Assembly (NCBI GenBank): GCA_013265495.1
Contig: MU057651.1
Location: forward strand, 2,272,948 to 2,336,947
DNA: 64,000 nucleotides
Direction of reading: 5' to 3'
Source: Vicugna vicugna
Taxonomy: Eukaryota
Below, piece by piece: positions 1-14,459 of the stretch (positions are counted from its first letter, which is position 1; each line of letters opens with the position of its first letter). The position numbers and the translations under genes are program-made. Below the pieces are notes generated by a model that was given only the letters and a program-made list of their open reading frames with translations, did no database searches and was not told where the DNA came from.

Positions 1-840
1 AGGGTGACCATGAGCTTGGCAGTCAGGGAGGGCTTCCCGGTGGTGACCTTCAGGCCGAGTCGGACCTTGTGCCCCAGTGGACTTTTCTAAATGCTCCGCG
101 AAGGGCCCCCTGGACCAGGGCTTGTGGTTCACACAGCCGTTCCCTCTCTTGCTCACTCATCTGTTTGTCCGCTCACTCATCTGATGTTTCACTGGCTCGG
201 CCATGTGTTTACGGCGCCCCAGGAGTTCGCAAGGATTAGACCCAGCTGGCGAGGGGCTCACAGTCTAACCGTGAGCAGGGGACACGCAGCTGTCCGAGAG
301 GACGCCGAGGTCATCGGGGCGCCAGCCAGTGTCTGAGGCCGCCCCAGATGCCGGGGCTTCTAGCGAGGCAGCAACTTGTCATTCCGGGGACGGACGAGGA
401 AACCGCGTGCCAGGTCGCAGGGGGCGCACATGGGGCACCAAAGGGGACTGCACGGAGGAGGTGGTTCCGCCGTGAATCTGGGACGAGGGGACCTGGTCCC
501 ACGGGAGCTTGAGGCCAGGGCTCTGCTCCCTCCCGGGACCCACGGCAAGCAGCCCCTCACCACCCAACTGTGGGGTCCCCGGAAGGCGGCTCCGGGTCCT
601 GCATGCCCGCCGTCGTGGGAGCTGCGTGCAGAGGGCCCTCCGCCCCGGCGCGCGACCTAGTTCTACCGGCGGTGACCATCGGGGGCTTCCCGCTGACGGT
701 GCCGTGTCCCCTGAGCTGAACGTGGGTTTGACAACCGTCTGGTCTAGGCCGTCGGATGAAAAACGTCTGAGAGGAGGTCGCTGGCTTTCAAGGCTAGTGC
801 TTTGCATTCAATGAGTTTTCTCCCAAGACACATTATTAAG

Positions 841-960
841 TTTCTTTTGGGGGTGGGGTAATTAAATTTACGTACTTATTTTTAGTGGAGGCATCGGGGA
901 TCGAACCCAGGTCCTCGTGCGTCCTAAGCACACGCTCTACCCCTGAGCCACACCCTCCCC
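841..960 (-). mobile_element. Vic-1-type camelid tRNA-derived SINE
   Basis: Reverse complement reads GGGGAGGGTGTGGCTCAGGGGTAGAGCGTGTGCTTAGGACGCACGAGGACCTGGGTTCGATCCCCG (A box and B box), then an A-rich tail containing TAATTACCCC. Flanking direct repeat CAAGACACA at 824-832 and 962-970. Confidence 0.88.
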
Positions 961-3753
961 ACAAGACACAGTTTTCAAATGTCACAAATTTGTTTGCAAA
1001 GGCAGGGCTGCTGGAAATTTAGACAACGTGCTTTATTTCAGGCAGAGGACCCGGAGAAACCATGTCAAAAGTAAATGCAGCCTTTTATCTGTCGTGGAGA
1101 CTTACTGTCCAGAAAGAGCCGGGAGGACGCTGGGTCTGGACCATTCACGACGGGGGAGGGAGCAAACTCAAAAGCCCCTTTCTCGGGGCGAATGCCAGTG
1201 CTCCTGATGCCTGACCTTTTGGTTCACAATCCACTGTCCCGCCCCAAATATCTCAGACCTCCTCCCCGACGGCCTGTTGGCCTAGAATGTTTCCACAGTC
1301 ACCAGACCTCTATGTACCCAGTGTCCCTGTGCATTTGAAAGAAATCTTTATTTCTGCAGAAAACCCATCCTCCCCATCACTGCAACTGTTACAGGAGAAC
1401 CTGAGCGTTGAGGCCACAGGTCCACGTCCATGGCTGACCCGCCCTCACCCCCAGGCCCTGCGCACACAGCTGTCACCCACTGCCCCAGGGAGGGGACTGA
1501 GAACCCCCTGAGCTGTCTTCCCCGGGGTCCTCGTTCTCCGGGTGCACGTCGGCTCTGGAAACAGTGACAGCATCCCAAGGGCCACCCACTAAGTGACAGT
1601 AAGCGATGGGGTCGTGCTCTGCCGGGTGCCCCGGTCTCCGCCCCCACCTGCGGACGCGCACCCCGGGCAGCGGCTCCTGGAGGGCGGGCGGCTCAGCCGC
1701 GAGGAGGCCCCGGGGACGCTCCGGCTGGACGAAGCCCTGTTCTAGCGGAGGGACGGCAGCCTGGAGCAGGGAGGCCCGGGCTCTGCGTCCCTCCGGCCCT
1801 GGGACCAGAGGCCTCTGAGGCTCTCCATCACGAAGCTGTGCTCTGATTTTGTTTTTTGGTGACACTATACTGTTTTCTGGCTAAAAATTTCCAGTGGAAG
1901 TGGGAGTCTATGTCTGTCTCTGGTGAGTCTCACGAGAACCCAGCGAGGGAGCCTCCTCTTGGTCGTGGCTGCCGGGTCTCCCGTGATGCGCCCGGCTGTT
2001 CCTGAGCGCCAGGCTCTGGCGCTCGCCATCTCCGCTCTCTGACTTGCGCCCCCGTCTCCCGAAAGCCTGTCCACCCCCGCGGAGGCCACGTCCACACCGC
2101 GAGCTGCCCCAGTGGGCCCCCCCGTCCTCCCTCACCCCCTATCAGAATGTCTGCTCCCACCGCAGTTCTGTGTCCTTTCCTCTCAGAAAGACAGGCTCTC
2201 ACTTTTCTAAACCTTCACATCCTTCCTGCTGAGCTCTGGGCCCTCTTCAGCGCTGCTCCCCCAACCCCCGCCAGTGGCGTCCATGCTGGAGAAATCAGAC
2301 GTGACCTCCCCCAACTCCAAGCTGCCGTCCGGCACTCCCACCCCTTCCTTTCACTCCTAAATGCCTTTAAGAAGCGAACAGCCCTCCCCGTCCCCCCACA
2401 CCACGTCCTCCCAGCCCGCCCCTCCCCAGCTCTTGTGGTGGAATGATGTGACCGGAAGGGACTTTGAACCCCCTTCACATGCATTTGCCGGGAACCTTTG
2501 TGGTTGATGGTCTACACCGGCGGTTTGGGGCCAGGCGGCTTGGGCCGTGACTGAGCACCAGGGGGCAGAGGGCCGTGTGGTCCCCATGTCACACCTGGAG
2601 CTAGCTGTGCAGGACACGCCCTGAGACGTGATGCACGCAGCAAGGAAGGGGACTTGGGACGAGATTGGAGGGGGCGTGGGAGGTGGATCAGAAGGGATGC
2701 TGTGGGCCTCGGGCTGTGAGGGGATGGGCCTGCGCCCTGGGCCCCGGTCTCCATCCAGCCCAGCGTCTCCTGCGCGGTCCTCCTCGCCAGTGTGCGCTTC
2801 GACGGAAGAATCATGAGCTCTCACCCTGACGGCCTCTTTTCACGACGTAATAAAAAAAAATAATCAGAGCACGAAAACAAGGCCCTTCAGGTCCTGCGGC
2901 CGTGGGCTCGGTCACCCCTGCCGCACGCAAGTGTCGCCGTGTGCTCGCGCACGCGTGTATGTGAGCCAGCTGTTCAAGACGGATGGCATGACGCGTGTCC
3001 ACGGTGGGCGGACGGCCCTGGGCATCAGCCATGTTTGGAAAGCATCGGTTGCCTCCTAGTCGACATTTTCAGTTCTTTTAATTTTCACGGGAATCTTGGT
3101 AGGGCATTATTGCCCTGGATAGGTGAGCCAAGGACACGTGAGGTCAGGGGCGTCGTGTGAGGGTGGTCAGGTGACCCCAATGGCAGGGCGACACCAGCTC
3201 TGGGCCCTGCACGTGGCCCGTCCACCCCCACCCTCCTCGCACTCTCCCGTTCGCTGCCAGCCCTGCCCGTGTGCTCCGTGCCTCCCACCTTCCCATCTCC
3301 CTCAACTCTGACCTCGGCCTGCACCGTCCTGCCTTCACCCCGACCCCCGTAACTTCTCCCCGACACACCCTGGGTGCACGTCGCTCCCCAGCCCAGAAGG
3401 GCTGCCCCGACCCCGGGCTCCCTCACCCCAGGTGGAGCCCATCCCCCCAGACTCTGTGGGGTAACTGTCGGCTCATGGACAGCCTCCCCACTCCTCTCCT
3501 CCTTTTGGCTCTATTTTCTGTATTCTTTGCATTTACTGTGATTCCAGGCACAGAGCAGACTTTTCAGCCCACAAAACCGACTGCAATACGATGCATGTCA
3601 TGCCATGAATGAAAGTGAAGGCAAATGAATGAAATAAATGAAACAATGCACACAAGGATCAATCACTCGCAGCCTTTCTCTCTGTGACATTCTCCTGCTC
3701 CCTCCCTCTCTCCCTCCGCCATACACATGGGCCATGAGTTGGAGAATATTTGA

Positions 3754-3939
<186 letters not shown>

Positions 3940-6900
3940 TGAGAGACACCTGCCCTCCGAGGGGGACCTGAGCCTTGGGGAGGCACTGCGCAAGGTGCAG
4001 GGGCAAATAAAGGAAATTTTAAAAAGGCACGTTTGGAGTGTGTCCACAGAATCTGGACAAGGTTGGGTGGACCCCAGCCTCGGTCACTCACTTGGCTTAG
4101 CCCTGGAGTGCCCCCGTTCTGTGATGGCAGCCAAGATTTTCTGGAAGCCACCAGCAGCGGAGGTTTTATTGTAGAGGATTCTTCTTGAGAGTGGAAATGC
4201 CAGGCTGCCTGGAGGTTTCAGGCTGAGGGACGGGTTGTAACTGCAGATCATAGATTCCGCAATCACAGATTTTCCCGCCCAAAACCCATATGTTGCTCAT
4301 GAGAAAGCCGAGCGCTGAGAGAGACAGTGGCATTCTCTTCACAGAGGGTGCATCACACAGAGGCAGCACCTGTAATGAGGAAGACCAGAGCCTCCTTGGC
4401 CTGACTCCGGCGTTTCAGAGAGAGGGAAGCACTCCCCGGGCTCCGTGAGGGTCTGAGGCAGGAATGGCCACCACATCCACTTTAGGGTCAGCCCATGGCC
4501 CGGCTAGGTCTTGACCCAACTGAGCGCCAGCTTCAGCATCACTCAGGTGTCTGTGGGCTCGTGGGACCCTCCGTCCACCCACGCATGGTTATGTCCCTAT
4601 ACCCAGGCCTGCAGGTCCTGTTAGGGTCACTGGCCCCTGCAACCTCATGGCAGGCATTTTGCAAACATCCTGCTATGTTATGAACAGGCCGCCTGAGACC
4701 AGGAGAAGGGAGGTTTTGATCTAAGGTCACGCAAGTCATAACTAGCAGGCTTAGAGCTAGAGCCCAGGTTTCCTGAATCTAGAAAACTGCCCCGCTCCAT
4801 TTCTCTGCAGACCAGACCATCTGTGCATCACTCAGGAATAAACCAAACAGAAGCAGAACGCCTTCTCCTTCTCCCAGGAGATCCAGGATGCACCAGGGGT
4901 CCCCCCCCAGCTCCCCACGAGTGTGGAAATCCTTTGGGGGTGGCTTGGTGCTGCTCCTCCCACTGGATGGGCGAAATCAGCTTTTTTGGCTTGGGCCTCT
5001 CCTGTTGCTTCGGCTGACAACTCGAGAGACTTGGATGTTGACTGCAGACCCTCCCCGAGCACTGCCTTTCTGCCCAGACAGACAGGAAGGCACGCGTCCG
5101 TCCATCCGTCCGTCCGTCCATCCTACATCCATCCTGGGGAGCCGACTCGCCTTCGAGGAAAAGGAGTGACTTCACCTGAATCTGACCTTGCAATTCTAAT
5201 TATTTTCAGAAAGAGCAATTCTCTCTCTCTTAAAAAAAAAAAAATCAAACGAAAACAAAAACCTTCATCTCGGAAGAGTCTCACCCAAACACACGTGGGG
5301 AAGTTGAGCCCCGTCCGGGGAGTGGATTCACACACATTAGTTACGTCTCACGAGCTGACGTTTTGCGGTGCACGTCCACGTTGTCAGGAGGCGTTGCCGC
5401 TCCAGAGCCGAGGCTCCTGTTGGTCATTCTGGGCTTTTCTACGGCCAGGATGCCGGAAGCACCTGACCCCAACCCCTGCAGGCTCCGATGAGTGTGGCCA
5501 CCCTCCCAGTTTTGGCACCGGGGCGCCCGTCAGAGCCCCCAGCGTCTCGAAGCTGCTTCTAGGAAGATGGGGGCCTTGTCTGCAGCGTGCCGGGGGCCCC
5601 TCCAGGAGAAGGGAGGGGGCAGCTCCGCATTTTCACCACCCCCGGCTCCGACGTCCCCCCTGCGACGCTAAGGTGCCAACCCCGCCCCCCACAGACCTGG
5701 AGTCCAAGGCCAGCAGAGTGGTACCCGCGTGCCTGGCCCTCGCCTCTGGGTGTGAGCCGTACGACTTGGGTCTCCACGGTCAGCAGGCCAACTGAAAAGC
5801 ACCGGGATCAGAGGAGGCATCTACAGGGGGAGCCGCCTGTTTGCCAAGCTCTGAATTCTGCTCTTGGGTGTTTTGTATCCACACGTCCTCAGGCTGCGCT
5901 GGCCACGTGCCCTCAGCCCCTCTCCCCACAGCTCGGGCTCCCCTCAATGTTACTCTCTCTGCTTTTATTTCACCCCGGGGGTGACACAAACACAGGCCAC
6001 CCCTGCAGCTTTTGTGAGACGTAGGTGGAAGACAGGGTCAGAAGTTAGTAAGGAGGCCGCAGGAAGAGAGCCTTAATCTCAAGCAAGATTCAGACACACA
6101 GATGTCGAATGTGTTCCCATCAGCGTCTCCTGTGCAAAATGGGGCAAAGGAAGGAAGCACCCACGCCGGGTCGAATGGGACATCTGTCCTGTTGCCTCCG
6201 TGGGGAGCGACCTCCAGCCCTGACAGTCCTGCCCAGAACATGTTGTCCATGGGAGGGGGCAGATGGCCCAGCGGGAGCAGCCTGACGGCCTGGACTACCT
6301 TTTAATAAACGCGAATGTTCTAAATTCGGTCCATTCGCTCCACTGAGCCTGGGGGAGACCGGGCGCTCCTGCTCTCTGGGAATCCAAGCGTCCTCCGCTG
6401 TGATCTGTAAACTGCTAAGGCACACGAGACAGAAGAGGAGGCAGAGGGACCGGAGTTAAGTCAGGAACAGGTGTGCGTCTCCGTGAAATACATTTGCAGG
6501 AGTATTTTTAGGATGTCTTCGTCGAAGGCGGTGTTCTGCCATCACCATTTTTATGGAAAGCCTGGGAGGCGAGGAGGTGCTCTGGCTGCAACAACGGGCT
6601 TCAGGATCGGCCCACATGGGGTCCGAGTCCTGGTTCCCACTCTGCCCACGTGAGCCGCCTCAGCGCTCCGAGCCGCACGCAGAATGGGTTTAATGGTCGC
6701 CACATAATACGGAGACTCACTACCGGACGGAACACGGGAACGTGGTCTTCTCTCTGCTGGTGCACATTCATCTTTCCACAAACACCCCAAGACGCAGCCA
6801 CAGGGAAGACGCCTGCAGTGCAGGGGCGCTGGGTCCTCGCCCGGCGCTCACGCCACCCAGCAGCCAGGAGCCGGGGGAAAAGTCGGTTCACGCTGATCGT

Positions 6901-8686
6901 CCTAAAGTGGCCACAGATGACAGCGGTGTGTTAATCTCTCAGCTCCAACACGTGCACAAATGAACTCCCCAGTCTAGTAAATTGAGCAATTTCTCTTCCC
7001 AAAACTATGCTGCACTTTTCAAAATAAAAATATGTCCTATTGAAAGACAGGTGTCCTCACGTACACACACACAAGTACACTGAATGGATAATTATGTGTC
7101 TTCGGCATAAAAGACTCTGGTTTACCCAAATTAGCACTCTGCTTGAAAATGGGGGGAAAATATATTGCCTTTAAGGGGGAGCACCAAGTTTTTGGGGTGC
7201 TGGCACAAGTTTTTATTAAACTGGCATGGAAAGGCAACAGCTGGGTGTTCTCAAGGTTTTTTTCTGACTTTGCGTCCCAGCAAATCTTTATGTGTTCTAT
7301 CCAAAAGGGTCACACGCTGTGTGGCGGTTTTATTCGGTGCCCTTCTGCATGTATTTTTTTTATTACGATTGGTTTTGAATACGTTTACCATCACTGCCAT
7401 CAAAGCGGCTCCCACCTCCACGCCCTGTAAGTGGGGGTTCCTCACGCCCTGGTGGAAACTGACGTGGAAACCGGGGCTCCGCCCGCCCCGCGGCCCTGCC
7501 GACCGCAGGTGCACAGGAAGGGGGCCCGCTTCCTGCCGCCCCCACGCGGCAGCCGCCCAGCGTGGGTTCCCGGGGCAAACCCCGCGGCCCAGCCCTGCAA
7601 ACTGCCAGCGAGCAGCGCTCTATCTGCCCGCGTGACCACTTTGGAAATGAAGTGCCACCGGGCCGTATAAATCTGTTTTTCCAGTGCCGGCAGCTGACTG
7701 GGTGTGACTCCTGTGGGCGGGCCCAGGAGACGCAGGACAGAGCAGACCTGGCAATGTGCCCGTGGTGGGTGGGAAGGGCGGGCGGCGGGCATGGGGTCCC
7801 TGGACTTGAAGGTGACGTTTGGAGAGGGTCCTGGGGACCTGCGTGGAGGATCCGGGCAGATGGGGACAGCCCAGCGCCATGTGCAGCCTGCGGCTCCCAG
7901 GCAGGCCGGGCTGAGTCTCAGGGCTGGTCTGGCAAGGGGGGAGAGGGGGCGTGCAGCAGGGTGGGATGTTCACCCGCAAAGCTGAGCCGAGGAGAAACCC
8001 CATCAGGTGGGCTGGGTGGGGCACCACCTGAAGAGCAACCCCATGGTCCCATTTCTGCAGGTCAGAGGTTTCCAAGCCGTATCAGCAGGGTCACTAAAAG
8101 TTACAGGTTTTGAGCAAGATGTCCTGGGGGCCCTCACTGAGATGTCCACAGGCCCCTGCAGAGCCGCGATCGAACCCGGAAGCTAGACAAAGACCCCGAC
8201 GTCACAGCTGCTCCACGTGCCGGCGGGGAGGCCCCAGACCGGTTTCTAAGGGACCGTGGCCTTCGGTGCTCTGTGTGCATCGTGACGTGGACGGCGGGGT
8301 CTCCCGTCCGGCTTCGCGCCCCCGACACGCCGAGCCCCCATCACAGCGTGAGCACGGCGGGGAAAGTCGCTGCAGCTCAACCGCTTGGACCCACCAGGGA
8401 GGACGTTCGCGGCTGCAAAATAAATCCAGGTCCGGAGGGCAGGCGTGGCCCCCGGGACCGACAGCGACGCAAACCGAGGGGCGCTCGGTCCAGAGCCGGG
8501 GAGGTGCTTGGGGCTCGCGGCTGCGGCCCGGCCGCAGGGCTGCGGGGCCCTCTGACCCACGGCTTCCTCTCTCACCTGTCTTGTCATCCAGGCACTGACT
8601 CCCAGTGTAACCCTTTAAAACTCAAGTAAATTGCCTGAGTTATAACGCGGAACTGGAAGGTGCAGAAGGCACTGCAATCTGTCCTT

Positions 8687-9095
<409 letters not shown>

Positions 9096-10254
9096 AGCAT
9101 CTGTCTATAATCAATCTCCTTGAACTTTCCAAGTCCCCCTGAGTTTCTCTTTCCTTCGGGACAAGATTTATCTCTCCAAATTGGTTTATGAGACTGGGGT
9201 CAGTGATTTGCGCGTCAGGTGATTGATTTTCTCGGTTTTGCTGTTTAAAAGACTGTGTCTGAGCTGCCGTCTCATAAAGGTCACAGAAATCTTCATCTGT
9301 TTCTCAGACAAGAGGACCAGAACACAAGTTAAAGTGTGGTGATGCAAATTGCAGAAAACCAGTGGCCTGAATCTCTCCAAGAATGATTTCATAATGAACT
9401 TACCAGTTGAAAAATAAAAGGACCTCTCCGGGGTCAGCAGTGGAATACACACGGGGGTCATGGATTTTCAAAGAGACCCTCTGAGAGCAGGGGGAGGACG
9501 GGGGAGTAATGACCACGTGGCCTGGGGGGGTGCAGGGTGACCCAAGACACTAGGCGGACAGAACAAAGGGGGAGCTGGACAAAACACCCTCCAGCTGGGT
9601 ACCAGTCATCCCTGGAGACGGCTCCCCGAGCACAGACCTGACCATGGACGTGACAGCTTCTGGCATTTCTCCAAAGCACAGGGACATTTACCAGACCTTT
9701 ACCCTTTTCTGCTTAAGAGGTGACGTTCGCTAAAGCAGGGGTGTGGTGGTGTTTGTGCCGGCTGTGGTTGCATCGGAGTTCCTTTGAATTCTTCATGGTT
9801 TGCCCTTTGGGGTGCCTGGAGTCCAGGCACCCCTCCCTTCCTCAGGGCCCTGCAGAGAGGTGACCGTCGCCATCAGAAGCACCCCTTGTCAGTGGATTCC
9901 TCACACTTACTTCCTGCCTGAGACGGAAGCAGTGGGTTCTCAGGTGGAGGGGCAGGGCAAGCAGGAGGACAGGGCTTCTCGGGGGTCAAAGGATGGAGGG
10001 ACCCCAAATTTCTGCCTCTGCTGCTCCTGGGGCCTGGCCACCGACGGGGAATGCAGAGCATTTGCTTAATTTAGGTCCAAGTTTTCTCCCCATTCTTAAT
10101 GCATATATATTTTTTTAACTTTCTAAATCCACACGGATAACCCGTGAAGACAGCGATCTTGTCCCTTGCAAAGGGGCGATGTACCCCATGAGGCCCGCCC
10201 TGGAGCTGACGCACCAGCCCACGTCACAGTCTCCTCCGAGCTGTGTGTCCCCAC

Positions 10255-10400
10255 GACACCTGCCTTGATCTGTGGCAGGGAAGTTATGTCCTCAATTGTC
10301 ACACTTCTCTGTTAGGAAAACACTGGGTTGTTGAGGGCGTTAAAGGAGAGAACATACAAAAATGCCTGGCATGTTAGAAACATTCAATAATATTAATAAT
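10255..10400 (+). mobile_element. MIR SINE fragment
   Basis: Degenerate MIR core and 3' part: GGGTTGTTGAGGGCGTTAAA...TGCCTGGCATG...CATTCAATAA. Confidence 0.55.
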
Positions 10401-10426
10401 TATTATCATTAAAAATAACATTCCTT

Positions 10427-10576
10427 GGGGGTAAGGGTTAGCTCGAGTGGTAGAGCGCAGGCTTAGCGTGCACGAGGTCCCAGCTTCAATCCCCAGCACC
10501 TTCTCTTAAAAAAAATTAATAAATCTAATTACCTCCTTACCCCCAAAATAATAATAAAATAAAAAATAATTTTTTT
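10427..10576 (+). mobile_element. Vic-1-type camelid SINE
   Basis: TAGCTCGAGTGGTAGAGCGCAGGCTTAGCGTGCACGAGGTCCCAGCTTCAATCCCCAG head, AAATCTAATTACCTCC linker and A-rich tail. TSD AAATAACATT at 10413-10422 and 10577-10586. Confidence 0.9.
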
Positions 10577-10759
10577 AAATAACATTTCTCTGAAACAGAC
10601 CTTGGCTTCCCTAGAGTGTGTGTAATGTTCACGTAACAACCAGCCTTTCCTCCACTTCCCACCATGTCCTGTGGCCTCCGACCCTTCTCTGCCCTGGAGA
10701 TCATGATAAGCCGGTAGTCCCAGGACTTACCATGTAGCCAAGCTGGAAGCTGAGGGTCT

Positions 10760-11012
10760 CCTAGATCCAAGTTGGATCCTACTTTCTTTCTCTTCCAATA
10801 TAGCTTTTGAATGAGTCCCCTTCTTGTATTGTCTTACTCCAGTTCTGTGTGTGATATAGCAATTATGTCATTGCAATGAAAGTGCCCATTTACTTATTTT
10901 CATTCTCCTTTCCTTGAAGTCTGGAACCAACTGCATTTTATTCATCTTGGTATCAACCAGGTCCTATATCTAGCCAGGCCCTTATTAGGTACTTAAAATA
11001 TCTGTGTAATAG
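10760..11012 (+). mobile_element. L2 LINE 3' end
   Basis: Degenerate L2 terminus (TTTTATTCATCTTGGTATC...TAGGTACTTAAAATATCTGT...TGAATG) running directly into the TGGA array. Confidence 0.5.
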
Positions 11013-11407
11013 TGAATGGATGGATGGATGGTGGGTGGATGGATGCATGGATGGGTGGATGGATGGATGGATGGATGGATGGATGAATGGAAGGATAGGT
11101 GGATGGATGGATGGATGGATGAATGGATGGATAGGTGGATGGATGGATGGATGGATGGACGGGTGGATGGATGGATGGATGGATGGATGGATGGATAGAT
11201 GGATGGATGGATGGATGGATAGGTGGGTGGATGGATGGATGGATGAATGGATGGATGGATGGATAGATAGATGGGTGTATGTATGTATGGGTGGATGTTT
11301 ACATGTGGATGTTTGGATGATGGATAGGTGGATGGGTACATGCATGAATGGATGGATGGATGAATGGATGGATGGGTGGGTGGTTGGATGAATGGATGGA
11401 TGGATGG
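11013..11407. repeat. (TGGA)n tetranucleotide repeat, probably an expanded L2 tail
   Basis: Directly visible TGGA/TGAA/TGGG array of about 390 bp. Confidence 0.97.
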
Positions 11408-12014
11408 TGATGGTTCACCCAGGGCTCTGAGCTGTCCCCTTGACAGAAGATTAATTTGAACCCCCAACTTGTAAAACTCAAAATCAGGAATCCCCTATAC
11501 ATTTTCTTCTTATATCTGTATTTAAACCTACTCCCTCTTTTTGTTCCCTGTGTTTCCTCCCTCAAACCACTTTTCTTTGTCTTGAGCTCAGGTCAGCATC
11601 CTTCCTGTTCTTGTCTTCTGCCTTCTTCTGCTCTCTCCATCCCCCCCTCATTTCTTAGTAGCTGAATCTGCTGCTCTGTAGGTGCACCCGCTGGCCGTGT
11701 GCAGCCACCACATGGAGGAGCATGTGATCTCTGCTTAGCACTGAGAGGAGGTATCTGCGTTCCTCCCTCCCCAACGAGGGGACTGCGTGCTCTAGAATCA
11801 CTCATGTGCATGCACGCACATATATTTTAACTGGAGGAGCTTCTGAGACCCAGAAAATGTTAAGTTCTTCTCCTTTAGCTGCAGAATCTTGGTTAACAGC
11901 AAGATCACGTGTCACCAGGGCTAAATTATACAGTGCAGATTACACACACTTTAGAGCCTCAGAGAAAAGAAACTGTCGGTCCAGATCCATCGTCCTCGGT
12001 GGTGCCATAGGATG

Positions 12015-12350
12015 GCTCTAAACTGCAAATCTGTTCATTGGGCTAAAAGTCTTTCTACCTTCAGGATGAATCCCAACAAATCCCAGGACAAATCCTTCGC
12101 CCTTAGCAGGGTGTTGCAGGCCTTTCGCAGCATGGTTCCCCCTTCCCTTCCAGGCTCATCTGCTGCCTGTCACCTTGGCATCCTGCGTCACCACCTCCCC
12201 ATCCTGCGTGGCCATCACACGGGCTGCCGGTTTGGTTTTACACCTTCCTACAACCCTCCTGCCTTTGCCTGGAAGGCTTCCTCACCCCAAACCTCAAGAC
12301 TAGACAGAAACATTCTAGGCCCTGCTACCCCACTGGGGAAATCAGTTACT
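12015..12350 (+). mobile_element. L2 LINE fragment
   Basis: CTAAACTGCAAATCTGTTCAT...CAGGACAAATCC...GGCCTTTCGCAGCATGGTTCC...TGCCTGGAAGGCTTCCT resembles the L2 3' region. Confidence 0.6.
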
Positions 12351-12439
12351 CCTTCATCTTGTTTATTGCACTTTGTGTCTCTTAATAAACGTGTCATAAT
12401 TGCTTATCTGCATGCCATCTGTCCCATAATGCGTAAATA

Positions 12440-13227
12440 GACCCCGCTCCAAATAAAAATACACACCAGGCACATGAAGTCTTGCCCAGTGTCACCAACC
12501 CTTAGGAAAATACAAGTCAAAACCACAATGAGATCGTACCGCGCACCCATTTTGATGACTACTATCAAAAAGAAAAAAAACAAGGAAAAGAAAATATCAA
12601 GTGTTGGTGAGGATGTTGAGAAAATAGAACCCTTGTGCCCTGTTGGCAGGAACATAAAACAGTGCAGCCACGATGGAGAACAGCAGAGAGGTTCCTCAAA
12701 AACTTAAAAAAAATGATTCAGGAATTCCACCAAAGGAACTAAAAACAGGTCTCGAAGAGATCTTTGTACACCCTTGTGATGGGGCAAGATCATTCACAAC
12801 AACTGACACATGGAAGCAACCCAAGTGTCTCCCCCTGGGTGAATGGATAACAAAATGTGGAATACTACTGAGCCTGGAAAAAGAAGCAAATTCTGACACA
12901 TGTTGCAACACACATGAACCTTGAGGACCGAATGCTACGTGAAACAAACCAGTGATGAAAAATATATATACTGCATGATTCCATCGCAGAGGGGTGTACA
13001 GAGGTCAAAATCAGAGACAGAACGTGGAACGGTGCTTGTCGGGAGCTGGGGTGGGGTGGCGTTGGGGGGAGGGGAGGGTTGCTGTTTCATGAGAACCGTG
13101 ACACTTTTGCAAGACAAAAAAGTTCCAGAGATCACACCTCGATGTACTTAGCTCTGTTGAACCGTGCACTTAAAATGGTTACGATGGCAAGTTTTGTTAT
13201 GTGTATCCGAACTCAATAAAAATAAAA
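12440..13227 (+). mobile_element. old L1 (L1MB-like) ORF2 C-terminus and 3' UTR
   Basis: Translates to ...IQVKTTMRSYRAP... and WKQPKC, which are L1 ORF2 C-terminal motifs. Ends CACTTAAAATGGTTACGATGGCAAGTTTTGTTATGTGTAT...CAATAAAAATAAAA. Confidence 0.9.
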
Positions 13228-14459
13228 CTTATGCTAGCAGACGCGATCGGGACTGGCAACAGGAAGGAAAAGGGGAGACGTCTGGAGAGAATCAGCCGGT
13301 GCGCCGGGGAGCCAGGTTTGGAGAGAGCGTGGCTTGGTCGAGCGAAGCAGGACATCAGTATTTTGCACCGTCCCCTGGGCACCTGGTACATTCACGGTCA
13401 CCTGAGAGGACAGAACATGCTTCCAGACCATTGTGGGCAAAAATAGGCAACAATGGAAACTATGCCCTGTGTCTTTCAGGAGCCAACTCCCCGAGGGGAC
13501 GGACACCTATCCAGTTAGCGGCACTAGGATTCCCCCAGTGCTTTTAGGGAAACAGAAACAGTTTCACGAAAGCAGTTCGTTTTCCCTGAACGCATCGGAG
13601 AAGCCATCAGAGGGACCAGTCCTTCCGAAGGCCCAGGGATCTTTCAGATGGAGGAAGGCACAAACCGCAGGCGGGGTCCGGGCGACCACACAGAGATGCT
13701 GGAATCGTCACTCTGGAGACCAAGCACCGGTGCATCCGAGCTCGGAGCTGCGAGGAAGAAGACGGAGGTGCAGGAAAAGTTTGGGCTGGACAGGACTGGC
13801 CTCTCTCTGCCTGCCACCACTGCCACCCCCCGGCCAGCACAGAAGGTCCCCAGGGATGCCCTCCAGAAGTGGCAGGTGTGTCCCTGACAATGAAGATGTA
13901 TCTGTGCTCCCAACGTGGTCACTGGAAAAGCACCGCACGCCAAGCTGGGGCCCAAACGCACTTCACCCCGAGGCAGGGGTGAAGCTGGCGGGTTTCCTGC
14001 CCCACACTGGTGCCCACGAGGGTGCCCGTGGACCCCCGCTCCCCATCCTCTGGTCGGTGTAGTGAGTGCCAGAGCCTCAAGACAGGCGCCAACCAGACCA
14101 GCGAGGGCATTTGGATGGAGGAAGACCGAGGTTTCCAAAGGAGACTCCATGGTCCCCAGCTGTCCCTCGAGACCAGGAAGAGTCCAGTTCCTCCCCCCTC
14201 GCTTAGCCGTCATCTTCAAGCACCTGCGACGATCTGGCCGCGTCTGGACTAGGTCGTGGGAGCACAATGGAAAACAAAGCACACTGCCCGGCCTCACGGC
14301 GCTCGGGGGAGAGCAGAGAGCAGCACACCCAGAGTCAGCCCGGCGCCAGGTGAGGCCGCGGCTGTTCCGAGACCGCACAATCGGGGTTGTCGCGTGCACG
14401 TCACAGGCCAAGCCCGGGGCTCCCTTCATGCCCCAGGACCCCTGAGCGCAAACCTACCG

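Noticed and set aside
4923..5795. Longest ORF in the track (290 aa)
   Set aside because: Starts at a non-ATG codon, crosses a poly-A run and a TCCG/TCCA microrepeat, and shows no recognisable domain; expected by chance in GC-rich DNA.
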